Assembly: GCA_918797485.1 (NCBI GenBank)
Contig: CAKKNE010000002.1
Coordinates: forward strand, 2,976,001 to 3,040,000
Direction: 5' to 3'
Origin: Pelagomonas calceolata
Taxonomy: Eukaryota
DNA length: 64,000 bases
Each line of letters begins with the position of its first letter. The stretch's first letter is position 1. The translations under genes and the position numbers were made by a program. Under the pieces are notes generated by a model. The model was not told the origin of the DNA. It searched no databases and was given only the letters and a program-made list of their open reading frames with translations. Positions 45,158 through 55,894 of this stretch are shown piece by piece.

Positions 45158-46999
45158 CTACTCCCCGCCGTCGATGGAGTCGTCGGCGGCGCCCTCGTAG
45201 TCGTCGATCGTCTGCTCGGCCTCGGCCTGGTCCCAGGGCCGCGTCGTCACGCACCAGCGCGGCCCGTTACTATAGACGCCGTCGGTCAGTTGTCTCAGAA
45301 AAGCATGGGCCCTATCTAAAAACCCCGAGGACATCGCGTCGAGCGACCCGCGCAGCGCCAGCCGCAGCGGCGCGTTGTAGCGACATAAAGATTTGGTGGA
45401 ACCGCCGTGGGCGTCAAACACTAAACGGGAGGTAGATGCCAACCGCGGCACGCCCCGATCCACGTCCGCGTAGTCGTTGATCGCGTATAGAGCCGGCATC
45501 GTTAACGATGAGGCGGCCTTCGCGCATCGCACCGATCTCGGATCCACCCTTGTCCTTTTTTCTACCGAGTGACATAACACCTCCAAAGCAGTGGCAAGTA
45601 ACGGCTCAAGTAGCCCCGTGAGGATCGGTTCCCGTTCGGCCGCGTGACCCTTCAAAGCCTCTACCACATCTACGGGCGAATCCACCACACAGTCCAGGAT
45701 CAAGCCCGATGGTATCGGTAAATCGTCGCCGAAGAAACTTTGTCGAGTTGCGTCGGTCTTACGGAAGACGTGCAGCTTCTTCGAGGAGACCTTCTTCAAC
45801 AAATCCCTCAATTCTTGGGAAGAGTGCGGGAGGTGCGTCGACGTCCCAATGCCGCAGATGACGTCCCCTACTAACAAACCGCTGGCGGGCATGCACTTTG
45901 ATATTTGTAGGGTCGGCTTCGAGGCGACCCAGACGTAAGTCGTCTGTTCCACTTCCGTGCCCCTCATAAACTCATCCACGTCTTCAATATCAATGGTAAT
46001 TTCTGTGGAAGACGGGTAGGGGTCCTTCTCTCCCACAGCATCCTCGAGGCCCATGTACGCGACGGCGTCCCCAAAATAGGATGTATCCTTCGATGGAGGT
46101 GTCGCGACGGATGCATATAACACGCAGGCCACGGCGCCCGCGCCGCGGCCCCACAGCACAACATCCGTGAAGCCTCTTCTTTTGACAAGCTCTTGCGCGA
46201 GACAAGCGACGTCCCATCGTTCCAGAGATCCGAAGGACACGCGCCGCCCTCCTGACTCGCCGCAGGCCGTCGTATCTAACGCGCAGTAGCCCGCGGCGCC
46301 CGCGTCGAGAGCTACGCCTAGGCACGACAACGCGCCCAGTCTACTCCCACCCACATCATGGACGTACAATACACACGTCTTCTTCGACCTCCATCTATAT
46401 AACTTGGAACCCAATCCCAAATCGTCGCGCCACAAAGAACACTGGAGGTCGTGGCCACGATCACAAACCACCGCAAAGTCGTCCCGCACGATACTCCGTC
46501 CCCGAAACTCGAATTGTACAGGACCGAGCTTCCGTGTACATCGTTCCCGTTTCGGCGCCAGGAGCATTCTCAACAATTGCGCATAATGAGCTCTAGCATA
46601 ATCTCGCAATTTGCCAAAGCCCGGGTCTTTTTGCGACTTGAAAGAAGTCCACGCGTCAGCAAAAGCCACGGCGTTGTCTCCTCCGAAATCGTCGTCGTCG
46701 TCGTCGTCCTCGCGACGGCTGCGGTCCTCGAGCTCGATCTCGACGTCCTTCGTCGGTGATTCTCCATCGGACACGTCCTCCTCGATCGAGGCGCGCCAGG
46801 CCTTCGGGGGCGAGGGCGGCACCACTGGACTCGGCACGGAGGCCGTGGAGCTGCCGCTCGGCGGGCTCGGCGGCGTCTTGGGCAGCTGTGCTTCCTGCCG
46901 CGGCGGCGTCGCGGGCTGTGGTGGAGGCGCCGGGGGCTGCCGAACTTGGGGTTTCTCATCCGGCGCGTCGTCGGCACGCTTGCTGCAGGAGCAGCCCAT
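45158..46999 (-). CDS. N-acylated alpha/beta-hydrolase-fold protein, probably catalytically inactive
   Basis: MGCSCS; GHDLQCSLW, CVLYVH, ALDTTACGESGG..VSFGSLERWD, VVLWGRGAGA. Confidence 0.75.
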   Translation of the reverse strand: MGCSCSKRADDAPDEKPQVRQPPAPPPQPATPPRQEAQLPKTPPSPPSGSSTASVPSPVVPPSPPKAWRASIEEDVSDGESPTKDVEIELEDRSRREDDDDDDDFGGDNAVAFADAWTSFKSQKDPGFGKLRDYARAHYAQLLRMLLAPKRERCTRKLGPVQFEFRGRSIVRDDFAVVCDRGHDLQCSLWRDDLGLGSKLYRWRSKKTCVLYVHDVGGSRLGALSCLGVALDAGAAGYCALDTTACGESGGRRVSFGSLERWDVACLAQELVKRRGFTDVVLWGRGAGAVACVLYASVATPPSKDTSYFGDAVAYMGLEDAVGEKDPYPSSTEITIDIEDVDEFMRGTEVEQTTYVWVASKPTLQISKCMPASGLLVGDVICGIGTSTHLPHSSQELRDLLKKVSSKKLHVFRKTDATRQSFFGDDLPIPSGLILDCVVDSPVDVVEALKGHAAEREPILTGLLEPLLATALEVLCHSVEKRTRVDPRSVRCAKAASSLTMPALYAINDYADVDRGVPRLASTSRLVFDAHGGSTKSLCRYNAPLRLALRGSLDAMSSGFLDRAHAFLRQLTDGVYSNGPRWCVTTRPWDQAEAEQTIDDYEGAADDSIDGGE

Positions 47000-47410
47000 C
47001 GCGGCTGCGACGACGCCTGCGCGCCGGCGAGGCGGGCAGCACTTGGGTGCCGGGCAGCACCCTGGCCTGATGAATCGATTTTTGAGCTAACTGGCGGGTT
47101 TTACGCGGTCTCTGCCAGAATTACTTTGCTTGTCCCACGGACTCGCCTGTTTCGCGCAAAGTCGTCTCTCGGCCAGGAGGGCTAGTGGCTTGTAAGTCTC
47201 TAGAACAAGCAGCAGACTCGAGGCACATCCAAGCTACGGCGCGGTACGAGCTGCGCCGCTTATGAGGCGTTCGTGATCGTCGTCTCAGGTAGCAAATTGG
47301 TCGCGAACCAACTTTCAAGACGTTCGTCCCGGCGCCGCTGAGTACAGCATAGTGCTCTCCCGACACAGCCTTGGCCACACGTCGCCGCAGGGCGCCGCGC
47401 GGCGTAAACG

Positions 47411-48511
47411 ATGGTCCTGCTCGCGCGAAGGGCCGCGCAGCTATGCACGAAACGCTACGCGTCGCAACCGCACGACCCGCGCACGCTGCGGGCGCGCCGG
47501 CTCCTTAGCACTGAAACTCAAAAGCAAGACCCGCGCACGCTAAGCGGGGCCTGGTCCTTCCTACAGCGCGCGAACCCGTTCACCGTCTGGGGCGAAACTA
47601 TTGGGAGAGAGCCGAGCGACCGCCTCCCGAAGGTGACGGACCTGGTCAAGGCCGTGGTCGGTTTAAGTGGCAAATCGCCGGACGAATTACAAAGGTACGC
47701 GACGGAGAGCAACGCGGCCTTTGAGGCCTATGTAGATGATTTGGGCTTCGAGCGGCGGTCCTTGCTCGAGATCGCGCCGAAGGACGAGGAGCAGTCGCTG
47801 GACGAGTTTTTGGAGGGTGCTAGAGATGCGGTGGCCTTCGTCGCGCCGCTGTTGAAGGACGCGGTCGCGCACGAGGCCGAGTTGTCGAAGGTCGTCTCCG
47901 CGAAATTGCTTGAAAAGGCCAAGGAGGGCTCCATGGCCGTGGCTGAGGATAAAGAGGACGAAGGCGTCAGAAGGGTCACCTTCGGCGTCTTCGGACAACA
48001 ATTGCGCCAGAAGGACCTCGCGCCGCGGTCGACGGGCGCCATGGCGCTCTTCGAGCAAGCTTTGCAGAAGTGGGGATACGACGCCGAGGCGCGGGACGAC
48101 GCTATATTGCTGAGGGAGTCCAATGGATTGTTTGTGGCCAAATTCTCACTCGCGGACGAGCTCGCGGATTTACTAAAAGCAGCCAAGGACACGGACGCGG
48201 GCCGGGCCGTCGAAGCCTTACTCTACGCGGTGAGCCGCGCCGAGGGCCGCGCGCTGACCTGGCCGCTGCCGAGCGACGCCCATTCGAGACTCGCGGGTGA
48301 CGCGGAGGCTTGCGCTCTCACGATGCGCGGCTGGCTCCTCGTCGACGTGGCGGTCTCAAAATGTTTGTACACGTTCGCGCGCGAGGTTGATAGGAGATCG
48401 GCCTACCGCTGGGGCCACGACTGGCGCATCGTCGATGTGGGCGGCGCCGTCTTCGACAACGACGACGGCGCGCTCCTCGACGGGCTAGTTGCCGAGGATA
48501 ATACACCATAA
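47411..48511 (+). CDS. Hypothetical protein with mitochondrial-type presequence
   Basis: Arg-rich amphipathic N-terminus; 366-aa ORF. Confidence 0.6.
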   Translation: MVLLARRAAQLCTKRYASQPHDPRTLRARRLLSTETQKQDPRTLSGAWSFLQRANPFTVWGETIGREPSDRLPKVTDLVKAVVGLSGKSPDELQRYATESNAAFEAYVDDLGFERRSLLEIAPKDEEQSLDEFLEGARDAVAFVAPLLKDAVAHEAELSKVVSAKLLEKAKEGSMAVAEDKEDEGVRRVTFGVFGQQLRQKDLAPRSTGAMALFEQALQKWGYDAEARDDAILLRESNGLFVAKFSLADELADLLKAAKDTDAGRAVEALLYAVSRAEGRALTWPLPSDAHSRLAGDAEACALTMRGWLLVDVAVSKCLYTFAREVDRRSAYRWGHDWRIVDVGGAVFDNDDGALLDGLVAEDNTP

Positions 48512-48515
48512 AAAA

Positions 48516-48962
48516 TTAAGTGGGCACGACCTGCTTCGGCCGGCAGCAGCCCTGGGCGTACCAGAGAATAATGAAAAGCATCGGCACGAAGACGATCAGC
48601 AGGATGATGCCGGGCGCGTCCAGTCCATCCGTCATCTTTTCGCCCTGGAGGCGCCGCCGCCGTCTCTCGGCAGCCGCCGCGTCGCGGCGCGGCTCCTCGC
48701 CGGGCGCGTGCTCGCGCGCGAGGGCGGACGCGAGGCCCGCGAAGTACCTTGTTGGAATATCCTCGAGGCGCGGGAGGCGGCGCGTCCAGGCCTCCTCGTA
48801 GGTCGTCAGCTCGCGCGCGTCCGTCTGGGCAGGCAGCGGGGGCAGCTCGTAGAGCGCCTCGACCGCGTCGGCGACGAGGAGCTCGCGGGGCGACGAGCTC
48901 CTCGCGCCGGGCGTTGCTCGGGCCGCGCCGGCGGCGAGGAGCGTCACGGGCCATCGTCGCAT
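48516..48962 (-). CDS. Small protein with signal peptide and C-terminal TM helix
   Basis: MRRWPVTLLAAGAARA; IILLIVFVPMLFIILWY. Confidence 0.55.
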   Translation of the reverse strand: MRRWPVTLLAAGAARATPGARSSSPRELLVADAVEALYELPPLPAQTDARELTTYEEAWTRRLPRLEDIPTRYFAGLASALAREHAPGEEPRRDAAAAERRRRRLQGEKMTDGLDAPGIILLIVFVPMLFIILWYAQGCCRPKQVVPT

Positions 48963-49316
48963 GGTGACGGGTCGCGTGGGCGGCGGCGTCCTGGCTGCCC
49001 TGCTATGGAACAAATCCAATCCACGGGCAGCGCGCCGCGCAAGCGTTTCCCGTTGGCACGGGTCGAAGGGCTGCCTCGACCGAGACAACGGTGCTTTCGC
49101 CGCTCTTGGGCGGCTTTTCGAGCGGATCAAAGCGCCCAGCGGCAGGATGCCAAGGCGCTGGAAGCTCCCCCCGAAGTTTGAAGTCCCGCCGACGCGTGCG
49201 CGCCTTGTGACAGGTCGAACGCGCCCCGAGACGGATCTTCGCGACGACGGCAAAAACCCGCAGCCTCTCGTTTTGTAGCGCCGGAGAGCAGCCGCAAAAG
49301 GCTGCCCAAAGCAGCC

Positions 49317-51935
49317 ATGGTGGCCTCGCCCGACCGCACAACGCTAAACGCAGGCATGACCACGGGCACCATGTCCCTCGCCTACCCCGAACGCATCCCC
49401 AAGGCCCGGCTGGAAGCCACCTTACTCAATCGCGAGCTCGACGACACCCTATTCGACGCGCGCACGCGGCAAACGAAGTCGACCGACAGCTGGCTCACCG
49501 CGGCTCAAGACCGCACGGTCGACGAGCTGCTGCGCCCGGAACCGCGGCCCGAGGTGAGTCAAGTGCCACTGGAACTTCCGGCTATAGATCAACTGCCCCC
49601 GGGCGGCCACGGCGCCTGCTACACGATCACGCTCGATTCTGGTGAGAAGGCGATGGACGAGTGTCTTGGTGGGTTGTTGAGTCAGACGCGGGCCAAGGCG
49701 TCGCGGCTGCGGCAAGCGTTACGAAGGGCGCTGGCCCGCGAGGACTCTCTGACCATAGAGAACGAGAAGCTGCGCGACGCGAATATGCGAGCCACGCTAT
49801 CCACTGAAAAGGGCGAGCCCGCGCTGATTGCGAGACGCAAGCTCAAGGCCGCGCGCGACGTGCTGAGGGATTTGCCCGAGGCGTCGCACGCGCTGAAGCA
49901 TTTGGCAGGTTTGAGAAAGGACGTCGACGAGCTGGCGAGGGAACGGGACGCTGCGTTAAAAGCCCAGCGGGCGGCGGAGGCGCGCGCTCTTGATAATGAA
50001 AAGCGCGCGACGGACGCGCTCGCCGAGGTCCACCTCGTGGGCGGGCGGTTAGATCGTGCTAAACGAGAGCTCGCGGCGCGGGCGCGCGCGGGCGCCGCCG
50101 GGCCGGCGATCCTGTCCGCGGCCGTGTCCGCGGCGCTCACGGAGGAGGAGGCCGTGCCGGTGCTCCTCGCGGCGCCGGGCGACGCGGGCGACGCGCTGCG
50201 CGCGCTGCGGGACCGGCTGACGTCGATGCGCGGGCCGCGCGCGCCGCGCTGCGTCGGGCGGCCGCTGGCGCCGGCGCCCGCCGAGGGCTTCGGGGACGCG
50301 CCGCCCGAGCACGCCGTGCACCTGGCTGGAGAGGGAGGCGACGCCGCGGCCGACGCGGTCGTCGCGGCGCACGATCTAGTAAGGGCCCTGGGCGCCGCGG
50401 AGGCCATATCCGTCGATTGGGCAGCCAAGGCCCCCGGGGACTCGGGCGACGCTTTTTTAGACGCTGCTGAAAGGTTGGTGCGAGCGGGCGTGCTGAAGGA
50501 TCCCGGCCTTGACGAAGCCCGGGCGTTGCCGGCGGGCCGCGAGAGGTGGCACGCGATCCTGCAAGGCGTGCACCCGGCAGCGGGCGCGCTGGCCGCGGTT
50601 GAGTTTGATGATGCGTCGCCGGCGGCCCAGCGTTTACATAGGGCATGTTTGCTGGGCTGTCTGCTCCTCGCCGCGACGCCCGACGCCTGCCGCGCGCTCG
50701 AGGATCGGGCGGCGAGCAAGCGCGCGCCGCCGCCGGCTATTGCAAAGCAGCCGGTCACGACCGTGGGCGGCTACATTAGTGAACTCCACGTCGACCTCGA
50801 AGAGATGGAGCCGCTCGACGACGTGACGGCTGACATCGCGGCAATTGTTGACGCGGCCGTCGCCGGAACGATCAAAGGGCGCTCGCTCGCGCACGTGGCG
50901 CGGAAATTCTTATGTAGACGCCACGCCTCGCGGGCCAAGGCCGATGAAGAGCTTTGTAGCTTGGCGCTGGGCGTCGACGCTTTAGCAAGCGAGAGCGCTT
51001 TGCCTCGTCTGTTCGCGCGCCTTGCCGGCGTGCCTCGCGGATTATTGGAGAAGCGCCACGCGTTCGATGATAGAGCCGTCAAGAACGCGCTCGTGGCGTC
51101 GGCGGCCCACGATCCCTTGGCCGCGGACGGGGCGTATGCCTTTTTACTCGAGGCGGTCGGCACGATCGTGCCGCCGGGCAAAACTAAAGCGTGGCTCGGC
51201 GCCGCCGAGCCGCGCCTCGTCGAGCTGGCGGCCGTGCTGGCCGCGGCGCCGGCGCTCTACGAGCGCGAGGTTATTGCTCGCTCAAAACTTTATCCGTCCG
51301 CCGAGAACGCTGCAACCCCCGAGCTGCCCTTCTTCCTCCAATTAAGCAGCGTGTTACAAGAGCGAGCGTCAACGGTCGAGGCGGACCCCGTGTCCGCGGC
51401 GCTGCGCGTCTCGGTCGTGGACGCCCTCGAGGCGCTCGTGGCCCAGTGGCCCGTGTGCGTCGCATGGGTCGCGCACCAGACGCGGCGGCGGGCCGCGCGG
51501 GATCTGCAGCGCGTGCACCGCGGCGGGATGGGTCGGACGCGCGTCGCCGACCTCAAGCGGCAGCGCGCCCACGACGACTTCGAGCGAAGGGTCCGGACGG
51601 AGTTCCGCAAGCTCGACACGAAGAAGGACGGCCTCTTTTCACCGGATATTTTCGCCCACATGGTCAAGGCGACGACGGGCGGCGACGCCGACGCCGCGCT
51701 GGACGCCTACGACCGGGCCGTGGACGCGTCGCGGCGCGCGAGGGCCGCAGACGCGCAGCGGCGGCGCGACGACGGCGGGGACGTCGAGAGTGACGACGAG
51801 GACGAGGACGCTCTGGTGGTGGGCGAGGTCGTCGCCGTGCTCGCGCAGACGGACTCCGGGGCGAGCGTGCCTCAAGCTTACGCGCAGTTGCCCATTGTGA
51901 CGGAGCGGCAGCACCGGATCTGGGGGAGTGGCTAA
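49317..51935 (+). CDS. Coiled-coil protein with IQ motif and EF-hand
   Basis: AARDLQRVHRGGMGR (IQ); FRKLDTKKDGLFS (EF-hand). Confidence 0.65.
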   Translation: MVASPDRTTLNAGMTTGTMSLAYPERIPKARLEATLLNRELDDTLFDARTRQTKSTDSWLTAAQDRTVDELLRPEPRPEVSQVPLELPAIDQLPPGGHGACYTITLDSGEKAMDECLGGLLSQTRAKASRLRQALRRALAREDSLTIENEKLRDANMRATLSTEKGEPALIARRKLKAARDVLRDLPEASHALKHLAGLRKDVDELARERDAALKAQRAAEARALDNEKRATDALAEVHLVGGRLDRAKRELAARARAGAAGPAILSAAVSAALTEEEAVPVLLAAPGDAGDALRALRDRLTSMRGPRAPRCVGRPLAPAPAEGFGDAPPEHAVHLAGEGGDAAADAVVAAHDLVRALGAAEAISVDWAAKAPGDSGDAFLDAAERLVRAGVLKDPGLDEARALPAGRERWHAILQGVHPAAGALAAVEFDDASPAAQRLHRACLLGCLLLAATPDACRALEDRAASKRAPPPAIAKQPVTTVGGYISELHVDLEEMEPLDDVTADIAAIVDAAVAGTIKGRSLAHVARKFLCRRHASRAKADEELCSLALGVDALASESALPRLFARLAGVPRGLLEKRHAFDDRAVKNALVASAAHDPLAADGAYAFLLEAVGTIVPPGKTKAWLGAAEPRLVELAAVLAAAPALYEREVIARSKLYPSAENAATPELPFFLQLSSVLQERASTVEADPVSAALRVSVVDALEALVAQWPVCVAWVAHQTRRRAARDLQRVHRGGMGRTRVADLKRQRAHDDFERRVRTEFRKLDTKKDGLFSPDIFAHMVKATTGGDADAALDAYDRAVDASRRARAADAQRRRDDGGDVESDDEDEDALVVGEVVAVLAQTDSGASVPQAYAQLPIVTERQHRIWGSG

Positions 51936-51941
51936 GTTGCT

Positions 51942-52874
51942 TTACCCAACGCCTCCCCGCACCACCTCGAAGACCCGTATGTGGTCCGGCCGGAAGTCGG
52001 GCGCGAGGTCGCCCCGCGGGACTTCGGAGCACGCGAGGCCGCGGCGTGCCAGCGCCTCGAACAGGGCGTCGTCGACGGCGGTACTCCGCGTCTGGTGCGC
52101 CAGGAGGAGCCGCCCGCCGTCCGCGAGCAGCGCCGCGGCGCACGCCACGAACGGCTCGACGAGATCCGCCAACCAAACGACGTCCGCGGCGAGCACGACG
52201 TCCGCGGCGAGGCCCCCGACGCCGCCGCGCCAGTCCAGGGCGGCGACCGTCACGTTGGGCACTGCAACGCTGTCGACGCGGCGCCGTACGACGGGCATCG
52301 CTTCGTCGACGTCCGTGAGCACTACAGATGCGCCGAGAAGCGCGGCCGCGAGGCCCGGCAGCGCCGCGGCGCCGCAGCCCAGCTCGACGACGCTTTTACC
52401 ACGGAACAGCTCCGGCCGCGTCGCCGCGTAAGCCGCAAGGACGACGCCGCCGTCCCACGGCGTCGCCGCCGTCGCCGCCGCGTGGTTGCCGTCGACGACG
52501 GCGTCGCGCGCGGGGAGGGGCAGGGAGGCGCCTTTGACGTCGAGCGCGGCGAGCGTCGCGAAGGCGCGGCCCGGCAGCGCCTTCGGGTCTCGTCGTCGCG
52601 AGACGGCCGCCGTCGCGACGTCGGCGCGGCGCCACCGCACGTCGACCAATGAGTCGTCCTCGACGCGCAACGCGCGCCGCGCGGCATCGGCGACGGCCGC
52701 GTCGCGGTCCGCGCTGGAGGCGTCCGCCGGGGGCGTCGCGGTGCAGCGTATTCGCGTCGTCGTAGCTTCGTCTACGTCGTGCTCGACGAGGACAGTGACT
52801 CGTCTCGCCTCGCGTGGTGGTGCGGCAGCAGCCATGGATGCCATCACAGCGCCGCAGGCGATGGTTAAGCGCAT
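51942..52874 (-). CDS. Protein-lysine methyltransferase (METTL21/Methyltransf_16 family)
   Basis: PWDGGVVLA, SVVELGCGAAALPGL, VVLTD, ALDW, VVLAADVVW. Confidence 0.85.
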   Translation of the reverse strand: MRLTIACGAVMASMAAAAPPREARRVTVLVEHDVDEATTTRIRCTATPPADASSADRDAAVADAARRALRVEDDSLVDVRWRRADVATAAVSRRRDPKALPGRAFATLAALDVKGASLPLPARDAVVDGNHAAATAATPWDGGVVLAAYAATRPELFRGKSVVELGCGAAALPGLAAALLGASVVLTDVDEAMPVVRRRVDSVAVPNVTVAALDWRGGVGGLAADVVLAADVVWLADLVEPFVACAAALLADGGRLLLAHQTRSTAVDDALFEALARRGLACSEVPRGDLAPDFRPDHIRVFEVVRGGVG

Positions 52875-53059
52875 TTATGCGGCATGCTCTCCAGAGCGGT
52901 TTTGGCTCTCACACCATACAGATGGAATAGAGCGGCGTAAACGTGCTGTCACGTCTTGATGACGACCGCTGACGTTCGTATTCAAGGCTGCGGCTTGCGT
53001 AACGCGCCTCGGACGCTTGCTAGCGTCGTACAGGCACTAGCCCGATCCAGACCTGGCCA

Positions 53060-54690
53060 GGGTTGGGTTTTTTGGCCTTGGGGGGGGGCCGTGGGGTAGT
53101 TTTAGGGGGGGGTGGGGGGGGTTCACCCATCATTACTCGCCGGCTCGAGGGTGGGGGGTGGGGGGGGTCGACGGCGCCGGAGGTGACTACCGTCGCGCGC
53201 GCCGGGCGCGGATTCCGCGAGGAACTCCTAGACGCGACATGAAGTTGTTTGAGCATCGTTCCGTTGGCTGATGGGCCAGAGAGATCAATGGGACACTTAC
53301 TGGGGGGCGAAAAAAATAATTTTTTAAATTCGCGATATTGACGGTCCTACCATGACGGACGCGCCGGTGGAATCCTGTCGGTTCGTGGCGCGGAGGTGTC
53401 CCTGGGGTCGCCTAGGGTCGGTACTAGACACGCGCAAGCGCCTACACCGCATGCGCCGGCGCTTCAAGCATTTTTGGCCGATTTCTCTCAGCAGACCACT
53501 CGGTTTAGCCATCTTTTAGCCATGGTTTGCTTCCAGAGCCCTCCGAGACCACTAGGCTGCTGCATCAATGGCGTATGCGGTACATGCGCTTACCCACTAC
53601 CAGACCTACCCCGAGAGACCTCCAGGAGCCGATCTGCCCCCGAAAAAAGTGTGCAATTTGGACCCGATGGCACCTCGTTCCCGGCAAAAACGCCAATTAC
53701 CTGAGGGCCCCCAGTAGTCGCCGTAGCGGTCTCGTTGGACCCCATACTACCCCAACGATAGTCAATTACGAGTATATGCCATCTACATTATACGAAGGGT
53801 ACTTTTTGCTGCCCACACTCGGGACGTGAACATCTTTATCTGGAGCTCGCTTAAGTCGGTCGATCATGAAACAAATGATCGCGTCATGGTCTATGGTAAT
53901 GGTACACGGGCTGATGGTGCTAGGTCCAGTCAGATGCACGTATTTGGCGAGATACCGTGGTCCCGAGACGGCCGAGCCGCCAAGAGTGTACGGAACCGTT
54001 AATCAAATGTAGTACACGTTTAGGCCGGTTATCTGGCCCGTCCCATAACCGAAGCGCCTGAAACGCGAATTTATTTTATAACTCACCGGTCTGGGGCCTT
54101 TCTGTGGCTCCGTCAACGCACCGTCGTCCGCGGAGAACTGGCAAGTCGGTCGATTGTGAATAGAACAACGGCGTTATGGTCCATCTGGGTGGTGGCGTCG
54201 CTGATACTCGCGGGTTCAGGTTCTGAGCGCGGTTTCAACATAAACGCGGGGCGCGAATTCGTCGTTTCGCGCGGCTCCAACGGGTCATCCAAAATACCTC
54301 AGTAGTCGCTGATTCGGGCTAGATGGAGTCTACCACTACCAAACGGAAGGAAACGAACATAAACGCGAGAGTTGTCTAGTAGAATTCTTTTCCCGCCCTC
54401 CGAGCGCGGGCCGTCGGCTCCGGTTCCGTCGAATGTGTATGAAAACTGGGCTGGAGTTGATATGATGTACCATTTGGATAGTTGATGGCGGCGTCAAACG
54501 CTGGTGTATTTTGGCGAGCCGCAAGACCTGGTGAGCTAGCGTATGGACATACTAGGATCCGTATTTTGAGAGGGTGTTGGGGGGGGTCGTCTCATTTCTC
54601 CGACCGGTCCCAGGGAGGGGGGTAGGGGGGGTGGCACGAGGTCTCTAAAAGGGGGGGACGGCCCCCCTGGCTGGCAAAAAAACCCAACCC
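53060..54690. mobile_element. Non-autonomous TIR element (~1.63 kb), no transposase ORF
   Basis: Ungapped 46-bp imperfect inverted repeats (33/46, first 14 bp identical: GGGTTGGGTTTTTT); lower-GC interior; no TSD found. Confidence 0.7.
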
Positions 54691-54795
54691 AGCGCAGACT
54701 TTTAACGAGCTGCCAGCCCATTGATACATTCTATAGCCCGAGAAAAATCAAACCAAAAGAAGTCTCGTTGCATGCGAAACTTGGCACAAGCTAAG

Positions 54796-55872
54796 ATGGC
54801 TGCAAAACCGACCACCATGGACCGCTGGGTCCTGACGCAGAGACCGCAAGGCAAGTTCGACGCGTCGCGGGACGTCGCGAAGCGGACGGAGCCCATCCCG
54901 GAACTCAAAAAAGACGACGTTCTCGTCGAAGTAGAAATGCTGTCGGTCGACGCGTTCGTGCGGACGATGCTCGACGAGCAGGCGTACCACGGCCGCGTCG
55001 AGATTGGCGGCGCGTTGCCAGCGCTGGGCTACGGAACCGTCGTCGGAGCGGGCGCCGACGCTCAATCACACATCGGCAAGCGCGTCCTCGGCATGGTCAC
55101 CGCGTCGTCGCACGCCGTGGGACCGATGAGCATGAGCGAAGGCGGGTTCACGCAAGTGTTGAGCATCCCGGGCGTGCCCCAGCGCCTGAGCCTGAGTCTG
55201 CTCTCGTTCGCGACGGGGCTGGCCGCCTACGTCGGTTGCTTCAAGGTCCTCAAGCCTCCTCGCGCTGGTGAGACGGCGGTGGTCTCGGCGGCGGCCGGCG
55301 GCGTCGGTTCGATCGCCGTTCAGCTCCTGAAGACGACGGGCTGCCGCGTCGTCGGCGTCGCCGGCGGCCCCGTCAAGTGCGAGTTTCTCAAAAAGCTGGG
55401 CTGCGATGCGGCCGTCGACTACAAGGCGGGCTCGTTCCTCGGGGACCTCGACGTCGCCTGCCCCGACGGCGTCAATTTCTTCTTCGATAATGCGGGCGGT
55501 AGCACCCTGGACGCGGTACTCGATAGTTTGGCGCTCCACAGCCGCGTGGTCATCTGCGGCGCGGCGTCCCAGTACTCCGGGAACCTGAACGCGGGTCGCG
55601 ACGCGAAGGGCCGCGGCGGCGACGTCCAGGGCCCGAAGACGTATTTAAAATTAGCGGAGCGCTCGTCGACGATGGCAGGCTTCAACGTGATGCACTACAT
55701 GACATCTCTGCCCGGCGCCATCGCCAATTTGTGCTGGATGCACTGGCGGGGAAAAGTAGTCGTCCACGAGCAGGTCGAGGCCGGTCTGGACAGCTTTCCG
55801 GCAGCGCTCGAGAAGATGTTCTCCGGCGGGCACTGCGGCAAGATGCTCGTCGACCTGTCTAAGAAGTCCTAA
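54796..55872 (+). CDS. NADP-dependent oxidoreductase (prostaglandin reductase/CurA-like MDR)
   Basis: LSVDAFVR, VSAAAGGVGS, VVGVAGG, CPDGVNFFFDNAGG, ICGAASQY, GKMLV. Confidence 0.9.
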   Translation: MAAKPTTMDRWVLTQRPQGKFDASRDVAKRTEPIPELKKDDVLVEVEMLSVDAFVRTMLDEQAYHGRVEIGGALPALGYGTVVGAGADAQSHIGKRVLGMVTASSHAVGPMSMSEGGFTQVLSIPGVPQRLSLSLLSFATGLAAYVGCFKVLKPPRAGETAVVSAAAGGVGSIAVQLLKTTGCRVVGVAGGPVKCEFLKKLGCDAAVDYKAGSFLGDLDVACPDGVNFFFDNAGGSTLDAVLDSLALHSRVVICGAASQYSGNLNAGRDAKGRGGDVQGPKTYLKLAERSSTMAGFNVMHYMTSLPGAIANLCWMHWRGKVVVHEQVEAGLDSFPAALEKMFSGGHCGKMLVDLSKKS

Positions 55873-55894
55873 TTGTATGCACACACACATTGCC

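Noticed and set aside
53324..53829. Short ORFs inside the TIR element as transposase remnants
   Set aside because: No DDE, BED-finger or dimerisation motifs are recognisable.
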